Shown in pieces: positions 36,062 through 45,087 of a DNA stretch of 64,000 nt (positions are counted from its first letter, which is position 1; each line of letters opens with the position of its first letter). The translations under genes were made by a program, and so were the position numbers. Under the pieces are notes generated by a model. The model worked only from the letters and a program-made list of their open reading frames with translations. It did not search any database and was not told where the DNA came from. The stretch comes from Myxococcota bacterium. Lineage in GTDB: Bacteria; Myxococcota; UBA4151. The DNA lies in the NCBI GenBank assembly GCA_036338695.1, contig JAYZBQ010000004.1, forward strand, positions 1 through 64,000, given 5' to 3'.

Positions 36062-36577
36062 TTATGCTTGCTCGATCAGGGCGATCAGGTCCGCCTTGCG
36101 GATGCGGTTCGGGACCGCGATCGCGCGCTCGGCTGCCAGGGCGCGTAAGGCCTTGACGGTCAGCGCTTCAAGTCCAGGCTCGGCTTCGACCTCATCCGCC
36201 ACGACGGGTGCAGGCGCCGGAGCAGCTACTGGCTCATCGTTCGCCGGCGTCGACGTGACCTTGTTGCGGAGCTCAGCGACTCGGTTGGTCAGGTCGGTGA
36301 CGCGTGCGCTCAGGTCACCGAGCAGACCCTCGATGTCCGACTCGAGCGCGTCGAGGCGACTCTTGACCCCGTCGAGATCGACGGCGTTCTTGAGGTTGAG
36401 CCGGTCGATGACGACTTTGACGTTGCCTTCGACCTCATCTTTGACGGCCAAGCCGCTTTTGACGACGGTCTCGAGCTTGCCTTGCAGCGCTTTGTTCTTG
36501 GACAGCGCTTCGGCTGCTTGGCTGACGGTTTGTTCGCCCAGTTTGGTGAGGCGATTGATGACGGCTTGTGGTGCCAT
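36062..36577 (-). CDS. Phasin-like coiled-coil protein with C-terminal Rho-N/HeH-like domain
   Basis: GGAGG RBS; RLNL....DLD....RLDALE; LEALTVKALRALA...RKADLI. Confidence 0.7.
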   Translation of the reverse strand: MAPQAVINRLTKLGEQTVSQAAEALSKNKALQGKLETVVKSGLAVKDEVEGNVKVVIDRLNLKNAVDLDGVKSRLDALESDIEGLLGDLSARVTDLTNRVAELRNKVTSTPANDEPVAAPAPAPVVADEVEAEPGLEALTVKALRALAAERAIAVPNRIRKADLIALIEQA

Positions 36578-36631
36578 GGTGTGATCCTCCGGTGAGCTAC
36601 GGGATGTCGTGCTCTCACCGGGTAGATAGCT

Positions 36632-36672
36632 TTTTGACGCGCCGTGTCAAAAGGTTTTGACGCAGTGCGTCA
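36632..36672. promoter_or_regulatory. Two tandem palindromic operators (TGACGC-N3-G[T/C]GTCA)
   Basis: TTTTGACGCGCCGTGTCAAAA and TTTTGACGCAGTGCGTCA, 23-bp period, upstream of 36577. Confidence 0.7.
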
Positions 36673-36688
36673 TCCGGCAACTGTCCGA

Positions 36689-37813
36689 TCAGCGCGCCGT
36701 CTTGAGCGGTGGCGGCGGCTTGATGCCCTGAGCCTGCAGTTCGACGTTAATCAGGGCTTGGAGCGCGTCGGCGTTGACGAGGTTGTAGAGCGGCTGACCG
36801 TTGATGAAGAGGGCAGGCGTCCCCTCGACGAGGCCTCGCTCGGCGGCCGCTATGTCCTTGTCGATCACCTGTTTCTTCTTGGGGTCGTCGAGGCAGCGTT
36901 CGAAGGCCTTCAGGTCGCCGACGCCGACGGCCTTGGCGTGCCCTTTGAGCCCTTCGCGCTCGAAGTTCGTGCGCTGCGCAAAGATCCGGTCATGGAAGCC
37001 CCAGAACTTCCCTTGGTCGTGGGCACAGACGCTCGCTACGGCGATCTCGGCGGCGAATTTGTGGAAGTCGAGCGGGAAGTGTCGGTACACCCAGCGGACC
37101 CGTTCTCCATAGTGCTCCGCAAGTGCCTCGTTGATCTGAGCTTGGCGACCGCAGTAGGGGCACTCGAAATCCGAGAAGATGACGACCGAGACCTTGGCGT
37201 CCTTACCGCCAAGGCTTGGCGCGCTCGCTCGGTCGACGTCCATGCGCGGCAGCTTTGGCGGCGCCAGCGTCGGCGTAAACGGGAAGCGCTCGAGCAGGCG
37301 GTCCCGGATCTCCTGCGCCTGGTTGGCTTTGAACTCCTGGGCAAGCTGCTGCGAGATGACATCCTGAACCTGCTCGAGCGTCTGCCCTTTGAAGTGCTGT
37401 TGGTTGCCCATAAACACCGCCTGGACGATCTCGGGCGTCACGGGATTGAGCGGGACCTCTTGCTCCATCTTCTTTCGGAACGCGTCGACGCTGACCCCGG
37501 CCGCCTTCGCCCCGACCTCAAGCGCGCGGTTGCCGGCGGCTTCGAGAGCTAGGTTGCGCAGGATGCTCCAGCGGTCGAGCGCCGCTTTTGCGTCGTGTCG
37601 CACGAGGGCGGCGCGCTGGCTCTCGGTGAGGTCTTTGAGCGTGACGGGTTGACCGCCGAGCGTTCCGAGCGCCGCCGTCGCAGGCGCTGAGGGCGCCGTC
37701 GCCTGCTGCGCAGCTTTAACCGCTTGGGTCGCTGGTTTGGCATCAGCGGTGGTGGTCGCCGGGGTGCAGCCGAGGCTGACGGCGAGAAGAACGAAGGGGG
37801 TTCGGGCGCTCAT
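36689..37813 (-). CDS. DsbA/thioredoxin-fold lipoprotein
   Basis: Lipobox SLGC; FSDFECPYC, RHFPL..H, QGKFW, GTPALFING. The true start is the ATG at 37813. Confidence 0.9.
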   Translation of the reverse strand: MSARTPFVLLAVSLGCTPATTTADAKPATQAVKAAQQATAPSAPATAALGTLGGQPVTLKDLTESQRAALVRHDAKAALDRWSILRNLALEAAGNRALEVGAKAAGVSVDAFRKKMEQEVPLNPVTPEIVQAVFMGNQQHFKGQTLEQVQDVISQQLAQEFKANQAQEIRDRLLERFPFTPTLAPPKLPRMDVDRASAPSLGGKDAKVSVVIFSDFECPYCGRQAQINEALAEHYGERVRWVYRHFPLDFHKFAAEIAVASVCAHDQGKFWGFHDRIFAQRTNFEREGLKGHAKAVGVGDLKAFERCLDDPKKKQVIDKDIAAAERGLVEGTPALFINGQPLYNLVNADALQALINVELQAQGIKPPPPLKTAR

Positions 37814-38901
37814 GAGGGCCTCCGAGTTTGAAATTGTTCGTCGATCTGCGCCACCGGCGCGCCGCCCATGGCGTCGAGCGTATCGGTGACCTCGCGCAGC
37901 AGCGCCTTCTTCTGACGGTACGGGAGGAAGGCAGACTTGAAACCCTGCACGGTGATGCGCTTGAGGGCGGTAAAATCGAAGTGAAAGGTGTTCGCCGCGA
38001 GCAGGTACTCGTCGGTCACCGTGGTGTCGGTGATCAGGCGGTTGTCGGTGCTGATCGCGAGCCGCAGGCCCGCGTCGTAATAGAGCCTGAGCGGGTGTTG
38101 CTCGATGTCGCTGACGGCGCGCGTCTGCAGGTTGGACTTCAGGCAGATCTCGATCGGGATCCGGCGGTCGTTCACGTAGTTCAGCAGGCTCCCGTCTTCG
38201 ACCAAGCGGACCCCGTGACCGATCCGGTGTGCGCCGCAGTAGTGGATCGCTTCGTGCACGCTCTCGGCACCCGCCGCTTCCCCTGCGTGCAAGGTGCACG
38301 CGATGTTGTTGTTGCGGATCAGATAGAAGGCTTCGACGTGGTCCTTCGCTGGGTGGTCGTACTCGGCTCCAGCGAGGTCAAAACCGACGACCCCGCGGTC
38401 CTTGAAGCTGACGGCGAGGCGCGCAAGACGCAGCGAGGTGGGTGGGTCAATGTTGCGTAAGCCACAAATGATCAGACCGGAGTCCACCCCAAAGTCTCGC
38501 CGGCCGCGCTCCATGCCGGCGAGCACCGCCTCCACCACCTGAGTATCTCGAAGCCCTTTGTTGAGGTGGAGCACAGGGCAGTAGCGAATCTCGATGTATC
38601 GGACCCCGTCGGCGTGCGCATCGGCGATGAGTTCGTAGGCGACGCGCTCGAGCGCCCAGTCCTCTTGGAGCACGCTGAGGGTGACGTCGAAGGCTTTGAG
38701 GTAGTCGACGAGGTCCTCGCAGAGCTCGCCCATATGGATCGCCCGAGCCAGGCCGTCTTCGTCATGCGCTGGCAGCGGGACGCCTTGCTCGCGTGCCAGG
38801 TCGATGATGGTACTCAGCCGTAGGCTGCCGTCGAGGTGGCAGTGCAGATCGGTTTTCGGCATCGCTCGAACGAGGTCTGCGGTTATCTCGGGGTTGTTCA
38901 T
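37810..38901 (-). CDS. add: Adenosine deaminase
   Basis: PK.DLHCHLDGS, YIEIRY.P, GFDLAG.E, HAGE, RIGHG, STDN. Confidence 0.93.
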   Translation of the reverse strand: MNNPEITADLVRAMPKTDLHCHLDGSLRLSTIIDLAREQGVPLPAHDEDGLARAIHMGELCEDLVDYLKAFDVTLSVLQEDWALERVAYELIADAHADGVRYIEIRYCPVLHLNKGLRDTQVVEAVLAGMERGRRDFGVDSGLIICGLRNIDPPTSLRLARLAVSFKDRGVVGFDLAGAEYDHPAKDHVEAFYLIRNNNIACTLHAGEAAGAESVHEAIHYCGAHRIGHGVRLVEDGSLLNYVNDRRIPIEICLKSNLQTRAVSDIEQHPLRLYYDAGLRLAISTDNRLITDTTVTDEYLLAANTFHFDFTALKRITVQGFKSAFLPYRQKKALLREVTDTLDAMGGAPVAQIDEQFQTRRPS

Positions 38902-40214
38902 GGTTTCTCCGGGGGCTTGTCTTTGAACTCGCGCGTGGGCTCGTCAAGGAAGAGCGTCTCGGCATCCGCCAGATCACCGAACCACGAGGGCGCTAAATGG
39001 CTCTCACGAAAGCTCGAGGGCCGCAGGTCAAAGGGGAGTGCTTTCGCGACAGCGGGTAGGAGCAGCGAGCCGCCGGGCATGGCGAAGAGCGCGAGGGCTG
39101 GAATGGTCCGCCCCAGATCGCGGAAGGTGGCTCTGAGGGTGCCCCACTCTTCATCGTTGAGGGATTCTCCCATCGCTGACTTGCGGATCAGGTTCAGGCT
39201 GTCCGAGGTCTCCTTGAGCTCATTGACGATGCGCTCTGAGTTGATGCGGAGTTGGGCGGCGAGCTCGGAGCGGTCGAGTACCTGTCGGCGCTTACTGACC
39301 CAAAGCCGCTCGATGAAATCGTCTTGCATGAAGAGCCGCTGAGCGATGTCGGCGCCGAGCTGGTCGAGCACCTCTTCGCTGACGCCGCCAGCCTTAGCGA
39401 GGGCGGACAGCGTGCGCAGCTCGGCTTCGGACTGATAGCCGTCGATCGCGGCGGCGACTAAACCGGAGCGAAGCAGCTCAAGCGCCGGTAGACCGCCGGG
39501 TAACTCGATCATCTCTCGCGCCGATGGGCTGCGTCTCAACCACGCCTCGATGCGCTCGTGACCCGATCGGTCGAGCCGCAAATTCTGGAGCTGCCCGCGG
39601 ATCGTACGCTCGACCTCGTCCGGGAGTTCGGCGTCGCCAGCGTTCATCATGATGAGCACGCCGGCGAGCTGGAGGCGGCGCTGGCGCGCTTGGTGCGCCA
39701 GGCTCGCTTGGGTCGCATCGTCAAGCTGGCCGAGCGCGCAGCTCATGATCCAGGTCATCGCGTTGTGCGCCTCGACGCTCGCCAGCCCGGCGAGCAACGG
39801 AAGACCGGAGATCGGCAAGCCTTGCGTCAGCCCAAGCGTCTCCAGCGCATCGCCCATACGCTCTACCTGCGCCGAGGACTCGGTCAGCGACGCGATGAGC
39901 TCGCAATGTCGCTGCTTGAGGTGGTCCTCATCGACGAGGTGCCCGTTCTCGAGGCGGAGCGCTTGGTCGAGCACCTCGAGCGTCCAGCGCGTAAAGGCGA
40001 AGAGGATCACGCGCGTGCCGTCTCGCTGGGCGTCGAGCCGCTGGATCAGCTGGGCGGGGAGGTGGGGGAGTCCCAGGTCAAACCCGCTCTGCTCAAGCTG
40101 GCGCGTCGCAAAATCGTTGAGCGACGGGCGGGGCGCTTCGGAGAACAGGCGTTGGCGCCGCGCCATGTGGCGTGAAACCAACCGCTGATACCATGAGATC
40201 ACCTGACTCGCCAT
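38898..40214 (-). CDS. TerB-like plus LETM1-like domain protein
   Basis: AAIDG..SEAE...L (TerB-like); C-terminal TIPALALFAMPGGSLLLP..LRPSSF (LETM1-like). Start uncertain. Confidence 0.7.
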   Translation of the reverse strand: MASQVISWYQRLVSRHMARRQRLFSEAPRPSLNDFATRQLEQSGFDLGLPHLPAQLIQRLDAQRDGTRVILFAFTRWTLEVLDQALRLENGHLVDEDHLKQRHCELIASLTESSAQVERMGDALETLGLTQGLPISGLPLLAGLASVEAHNAMTWIMSCALGQLDDATQASLAHQARQRRLQLAGVLIMMNAGDAELPDEVERTIRGQLQNLRLDRSGHERIEAWLRRSPSAREMIELPGGLPALELLRSGLVAAAIDGYQSEAELRTLSALAKAGGVSEEVLDQLGADIAQRLFMQDDFIERLWVSKRRQVLDRSELAAQLRINSERIVNELKETSDSLNLIRKSAMGESLNDEEWGTLRATFRDLGRTIPALALFAMPGGSLLLPAVAKALPFDLRPSSFRESHLAPSWFGDLADAETLFLDEPTREFKDKPPEKP

Positions 40215-40378
40215 GGCGATGAGTGTGCCATGGAGGGCGCGACCTGTCTCGCAAAAGCGGCGCTCGTTGCTCAAAAATTTCGGTCATTTTTTTGACCGGC
40301 TCAACGCGTGCCCTCAAATGGAGGTGCTTGGAGGTGCAAACACACCCACGCACCTCAAGCCACCGAAGGGACCTCGTC

Positions 40379-41488
40379 ATGCGCACACTCGCCGTCACCA
40401 CCGCCTCATTGCTTGGGATTCTTTGGGTTGCGCTCGGCGTTCAGGACGTCGACGTCCTCTGGGGGCTCTCGAAGGCGGCGACCGCGCCGAAGAAGGTCGA
40501 AGTGGCGAAAGAGCAGAAGCCGAAGGTAAGCCTCGATGCGCTCGATCCCAAGCTCGAGAAGCAGCTCGAGCAGATGCTGAGCAACTACGGTGTCGAGTAT
40601 GGCGCTGTGACGATCATCGACGTGCCGTCGGGTGGCGTCCTCGCCGCCGCAGGGTCGTCTCGGCGCGAGCCTGAGCAAGGTCGGGCGCTGGCGTTTGCGC
40701 CACGCTACCCGAGCGCCTCGGTGTTCAAGGTCGTCGCAGGCGCAGGCTTGCTTGAGCAGCCCAGCTTTGACTCCGGTGCATGCGTCGCCTACCGCGGCGG
40801 GCGACGCCGAGTGAACGCCAAGCTGCTGATCCCGCGGCGCGGCGAGGGGCGCTGCGCAAATCTCGAGGGGATGTTGGCGCGCTCGGTCAACGTGGCGATC
40901 GCACGCTCAGTCAAGAGCCACGTGAGCCGGGACGACCTGGTCGATGTATCTCGCCGCATGGGCTTCGGCGCCGTGTTCCCCGGAGCGGACGCATTCGGTG
41001 TCTCGACCGCTGATCTGCCCCTGGACGACGACGCCCGTGCGATCTCGGCTGCTGGCTTCGGTAACCACCGAATCAGCCCGTATCACGCCGCCTCGATGAT
41101 GGCGATGATCGCACGCGGTGGTCGCTGGGGTGCTCAGCGCCCGGCCGGCGTTCCGGACCAAGCCTTGTCGCCGAAGCTGGCGCGTAAGCTGGGACAGATG
41201 ATGATCGCGACCACCAAGAAGGGCACGGCCCGCAAGACCCTTGGGCGCATCCGCGGTGTGGACATCGCCGGCAAAACCGGCAGCCTGATCGTCGACGGCT
41301 TGGACTACAGCTGGTTCGCTGGCTACGCGCCAGCCGACGACCCGCGCATCGCCTTCGCCGCTGTCGTGGTCAACGACCCGCAGAAGCTCTGGCACATCCG
41401 CGGGACCCACCTGGCGAAAGCAGCTGCTAAAGGCGCCCTGTTCGGCGACACCCCACCGCGTGCTCAGTCGCTCGTGGCGATGCGCTAG
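40379..41488 (+). CDS. Penicillin-binding transpeptidase-domain protein (no pedestal domain)
   Basis: SxxK (SVFK), SxN (SVN), KTG, SWF.GYAP..P; N-terminal TM. Confidence 0.88.
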   Translation: MRTLAVTTASLLGILWVALGVQDVDVLWGLSKAATAPKKVEVAKEQKPKVSLDALDPKLEKQLEQMLSNYGVEYGAVTIIDVPSGGVLAAAGSSRREPEQGRALAFAPRYPSASVFKVVAGAGLLEQPSFDSGACVAYRGGRRRVNAKLLIPRRGEGRCANLEGMLARSVNVAIARSVKSHVSRDDLVDVSRRMGFGAVFPGADAFGVSTADLPLDDDARAISAAGFGNHRISPYHAASMMAMIARGGRWGAQRPAGVPDQALSPKLARKLGQMMIATTKKGTARKTLGRIRGVDIAGKTGSLIVDGLDYSWFAGYAPADDPRIAFAAVVVNDPQKLWHIRGTHLAKAAAKGALFGDTPPRAQSLVAMR

Positions 41489-41557
41489 GCCTGATCGTTT
41501 CGGTTGACGCTGGCGCTCGGGCCCTTTAGACGCCGGGCGCATGTTTTCGGAGTTGTT

Positions 41558-41818
41558 ATGGCACGCGTTACTGTTGAGGATTGTCTGGATAGGGTCCCGA
41601 ACCGATTTGCGCTGGTGCACTTAGCCGCCCGTCGGGCTCGCGACCTGATCAAAGGGGACACCCCGACGGTCGAGCACGCCAAGAACAAAGAGACGGTCCT
41701 GGCGCTGCGCGAAGTCGCCGCCGAGCACGTCCGCTTCGTCGGCGACATCAGGGAGTCCCTCCTGCGCCCGGTCGACGACCTGCGCGCAGACCACGAGGCG
41801 CGCACGGGCGACTTCTAA
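41558..41818 (+). CDS. rpoZ: RNA polymerase omega subunit
   Basis: [29 protein letters not shown]. Confidence 0.96.
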   Translation: MARVTVEDCLDRVPNRFALVHLAARRARDLIKGDTPTVEHAKNKETVLALREVAAEHVRFVGDIRESLLRPVDDLRADHEARTGDF

Positions 41819-41830
41819 ACCGGCTCGTTC

Positions 41831-42694
41831 ATGGAACGTCTGACGCCCGCACAGCGGCTGCGGCTGGCTGGTCTCCGAGCGAAGAAAGCTTGGGGGCAAA
41901 ACTTCCTCCACGACGCAACGATCTCGCAAGCGATCGCTGAGGCGGCCGTGGCGGGGACACCTGAGTCGATGCCTATCCTTGAGATCGGCGCAGGGCTCGG
42001 TGATCTCACGGAGCGCCTGCTGGCGACCGGACGTCGGGTCGTGGCGATTGAGCGCGACCGCGACTTGGTCCCCATCCTGCGTGCGCGGTTCCTCGGCGAG
42101 GCGCTCGAGGTGATCGAGGGCAACGCGCTCACGCACACGCTCGATGAGCAGGACTGGGTGGTCGTGGGCAACTTGCCTTACCACATCTCCTCGCGGCTGA
42201 TCTTCCAGTACCTACCGCAGCGGGCTCGCTGGCGACAGATGACCATCATGCTCCAGAAAGAGCTGGCCGAGCGCGCCGCAGCGCCTGAGCCGGGCGCGCC
42301 CGGGTGGTCGAGCTTCTCGGCGCAGATCGCGCGCGTCTGCGAGGTCTCGTGGGTGCTCGATGTGCCCCCCGGCGCCTTTACACCGCCACCAAAGGTGCGC
42401 TCAGCGGTGATCCAGCTGCAGCCGAAAACGGAGGTGATGGAGGTCGATGAGGGGGCGTACGAGCGCTGCCTGCGCGCAGTCTTTGGGACGCGCCGAAAAA
42501 CGCTGAGAAACAACCTTAAGACCTGGTTTCGGGAGGACCCGGAGGAGTTGGATCGGTGCCTTGAGCGCCTGGCGATCGACCCTATGCGGCGCGGTGAGAC
42601 CTTGACCCTCCACGAGTTGGTCCGGTTAGCCGAGGCGCTCAGCGATCGGCGCCCTGTGACGAAACGCCGTGAGCGAGGACGTCCCGGCCAGTAA
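41831..42694 (+). CDS. rsmA: 16S rRNA adenine dimethyltransferase
   Basis: GQNFL, EIG.G.G.LT, GNLPYHIS, MLQKE, F.PPPKV.S, RRKTLRN, R.E.L. Confidence 0.95.
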   Translation: MERLTPAQRLRLAGLRAKKAWGQNFLHDATISQAIAEAAVAGTPESMPILEIGAGLGDLTERLLATGRRVVAIERDRDLVPILRARFLGEALEVIEGNALTHTLDEQDWVVVGNLPYHISSRLIFQYLPQRARWRQMTIMLQKELAERAAAPEPGAPGWSSFSAQIARVCEVSWVLDVPPGAFTPPPKVRSAVIQLQPKTEVMEVDEGAYERCLRAVFGTRRKTLRNNLKTWFREDPEELDRCLERLAIDPMRRGETLTLHELVRLAEALSDRRPVTKRRERGRPGQ

Positions 42695-42898
42695 GCGAGG
42701 CGTCCTTACGCTGCCGTGAGAAGGCCTACAGAGGCAGGGCAGTTGAGCAGCGCATCGAGTGGTCGAGGGGCCAGGTTGGTCGCGCTTGAGGCGAGGGAAT
42801 ACCCTTGCCGGCCGTTGCGCCGCGTGATGAACATTCGGCGTCGTCCGGTCGTCTGAGATGTGCGCCGCGCGTTGGCGGCTCGTAACTAGGAGAACAGG

Positions 42899-43456
42899 AT
42901 GAGACAGAGCGTAGGGACGATGCTGGCGCTGTTGCTGACGGCAGGGTGTGCGGTGATCGGTACGGATGAGGGCAACCGCGACGGGACCTGCGGCGAGCAC
43001 AGCAGCTGCCCGAGCGATCAAGCGTGCGGCGCCGGGCAGTGCGTTGACCTGCTCAACCGCACCTACCTCGTGACCCAGGTTGACGTTGAGCTGTGTTCAG
43101 AGGATCTCGACGGCGTACCATTTGATTCCGGAGACGGCTCGGCGCCGGATCCCCAGGTCGAGCTGCGCTTTGGTGGTCAGACCGTCTACACCAGCGGGGT
43201 CCAGTCTAACGCGCTCGAGGCGACCTTCTCGGTGACCGACACCGAGGTCGTGATTCAGGACTTCTCGGACACCTTTGTGGTGGAGGTGCGCGACGACGAC
43301 GGCGACACGTCGCAGCTGATGGACACGCTGTCGGTGGACGTCAGCTACCCGGGGCTGCGCGTCGGTGAGGTCGTGGTCGTCAACGAGGCGGACTGCTCGG
43401 AGAGCCCCGTGACCCGCGTCGGCGTCTTACTTCAGGCGCAGGATGGAGCCTGGTAG
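42899..43456 (+). CDS. Lipoprotein with 4-Cys motif and C2-like domain
   Basis: AGGAG RBS; lipobox TAGC; PDPQV..T....N.L...F..V.V.DDD. Confidence 0.7.
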   Translation: MRQSVGTMLALLLTAGCAVIGTDEGNRDGTCGEHSSCPSDQACGAGQCVDLLNRTYLVTQVDVELCSEDLDGVPFDSGDGSAPDPQVELRFGGQTVYTSGVQSNALEATFSVTDTEVVIQDFSDTFVVEVRDDDGDTSQLMDTLSVDVSYPGLRVGEVVVVNEADCSESPVTRVGVLLQAQDGAW

Positions 43457-43458
43457 GG

Positions 43459-44115
43459 ATGCGTTACATCGGCTTTGAGGGCCCCATCGGGGCGGGTAAG
43501 ACCACCCTTGTGCGGGCGCTGGAGCAGCGCCTCAACGGCAAAGTGATCCTCGAGCAAGCCGACGAGAACCCCTTCCTTGAACGGTTCTATCAAGACAAAG
43601 AGCGCTACGCCTTTCAAGCGCAGATCTTCTTCCTGCTGTCGCGTTATCAGCAGCAGCGACAGATTCTCCAAGGGGACCTCTTTCACGAGTACTTCTTGGG
43701 CGATTATGTGTTCTCGCGCGACACGATCTTCGCACGCATGACGCTGAGCGAGGATGAGCTCGGGTTGTACTCGACGATCTACAACGCCCTCGTCGAGCAG
43801 ATCCCTCAACCGGATCTGGTGGTTTACTTGCGCGCCAAGCCCGAGACGCTGATGGAGCGGGTGCGGATGCGCGGTAAGGACTACGAGGCGGCGATGACGC
43901 TCGATTACTTGCGCGAGTTGTGTGGCATTTACGAAGAGTTCTTTCGCCATTACGATGACACACCGCTGCTCATCCTCGACACCGATGAGTTCAATTACCG
44001 AAGCGACCCGGACGAGCTGAGCCGGGTCTGTGATTTAGTTATGGAGACGCTCAATCGTCACATCAGCGCCCGAGAGATGGCGAGCATGACCCCAAGCGAA
44101 GTCCCGACGTCGTAG
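43459..44115 (+). CDS. Deoxynucleoside kinase
   Basis: EGPIGAGKTT, ENPFL..FY, Q..FL..R, PDLVVYL, R...RG. Confidence 0.92.
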   Translation: MRYIGFEGPIGAGKTTLVRALEQRLNGKVILEQADENPFLERFYQDKERYAFQAQIFFLLSRYQQQRQILQGDLFHEYFLGDYVFSRDTIFARMTLSEDELGLYSTIYNALVEQIPQPDLVVYLRAKPETLMERVRMRGKDYEAAMTLDYLRELCGIYEEFFRHYDDTPLLILDTDEFNYRSDPDELSRVCDLVMETLNRHISAREMASMTPSEVPTS

Positions 44116-44118
44116 TCG

Positions 44119-44151
44119 CAAGCTTTGACCTCATCGTGAGGCGGAGACTTG
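44119..44151 (+). promoter_or_regulatory. 5'-leader hairpin with two bulged A residues upstream of panB (candidate pan RNA motif)
   Basis: CAAG-CTTTG-A-CCTCA-tcg-TGAGG-CGGAG-A-CTTG. Confidence 0.4.
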
Positions 44152-44208
44152 AACAAGCGATCGGTGACGACGGTGGTTGCTCGAGCTGAACAGAGGAGGA
44201 GGTGAACC

Positions 44209-45063
44209 GTGAAGAAGGTCACCATCGTCAACCTCGCCGAAGCGAAGGTTCACCAACAACCCATCACCATGGTCACGGCGTATGACGCCACCATGGCGAG
44301 AATTATTGAAGACGCTGGCGTCGAGACGATCCTCGTGGGCGACTCGCTCGGGATGGTCATCGGCGGCTTAGAGAACACCCTCGAGGTCACGCTTGAGGAG
44401 GTCGCTTACCACTGTCGCGCAGTCCGCCGGGGCGCGCCCAACCCCTTCTTGGTCGCTGATATGCCCTTTATGAGCTATCAGGCGAGCCCCGAAGAGGCGG
44501 TCCGAAACGCGGGCTATCTGGTGCGCCAAGGACGAGCCGAGGCGGTTAAACTTGAGGGCGGGCGGAGCATCGTTGCGCAGGTGCGGGCGATCGTCGACGC
44601 GGGCATCCCGGTCGTCGGGCATGTCGGTCTCACGCCGCAGAGTGTTCACGCGATGGGTGGCTTTAAGGTTCAGGGGCGTCACCAGGCCGCGGCGCAGCGC
44701 GTGCTCGAGGATGCACGCGCCGTCGTTGAAGCCGGGGCTTGCATGGTCGTTCTGGAGGGGATCCCCAAAGAACTGGCGGAGCAGATCACCAGCAGCTTGC
44801 CGGTCCCGACCATCGGGATCGGCGCGGGCGTCGGCTGCGACGGGCAAGTCTTGGTCTGCACCGACCTGCTGGGCATGAACCCATCGTTTCGACCCAAATT
44901 CGTGCGCCCCTTTATGGACGGTTACGCGCAGATGCGCGGCGCTTTTGAGGGGTACGTTCGAGCGGTCAAAGAGCGCAGCTTTCCAAGCGCAGAGGAGAGC
45001 TTCTCATCGCCTGCCGCGGGAGGGCGTCAAGCCGTGGGTGACAAGGTCACGCGGCTCTATTGA
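44209..45063 (+). CDS. panB: 3-methyl-2-oxobutanoate hydroxymethyltransferase
   Basis: TAYD, LVGDSLG, DMPF.SY, KLEGG, GH.GLTPQ, TIGIGAG..CDGQVLV. Confidence 0.97.
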   Translation: MKKVTIVNLAEAKVHQQPITMVTAYDATMARIIEDAGVETILVGDSLGMVIGGLENTLEVTLEEVAYHCRAVRRGAPNPFLVADMPFMSYQASPEEAVRNAGYLVRQGRAEAVKLEGGRSIVAQVRAIVDAGIPVVGHVGLTPQSVHAMGGFKVQGRHQAAAQRVLEDARAVVEAGACMVVLEGIPKELAEQITSSLPVPTIGIGAGVGCDGQVLVCTDLLGMNPSFRPKFVRPFMDGYAQMRGAFEGYVRAVKERSFPSAEESFSSPAAGGRQAVGDKVTRLY

Positions 45064-45087
45064 GCGGCGCACAAGGACTAGAGGCTC

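Noticed and set aside
37814..38299. N-terminal extension of the DsbA ORF
   Set aside because: It is an alternate frame inside add; the signal peptide starts at 37813.
42695..42898. Possible ncRNA in the 204-bp gap after rsmA
   Set aside because: No recognisable motif or convincing stem found by eye.
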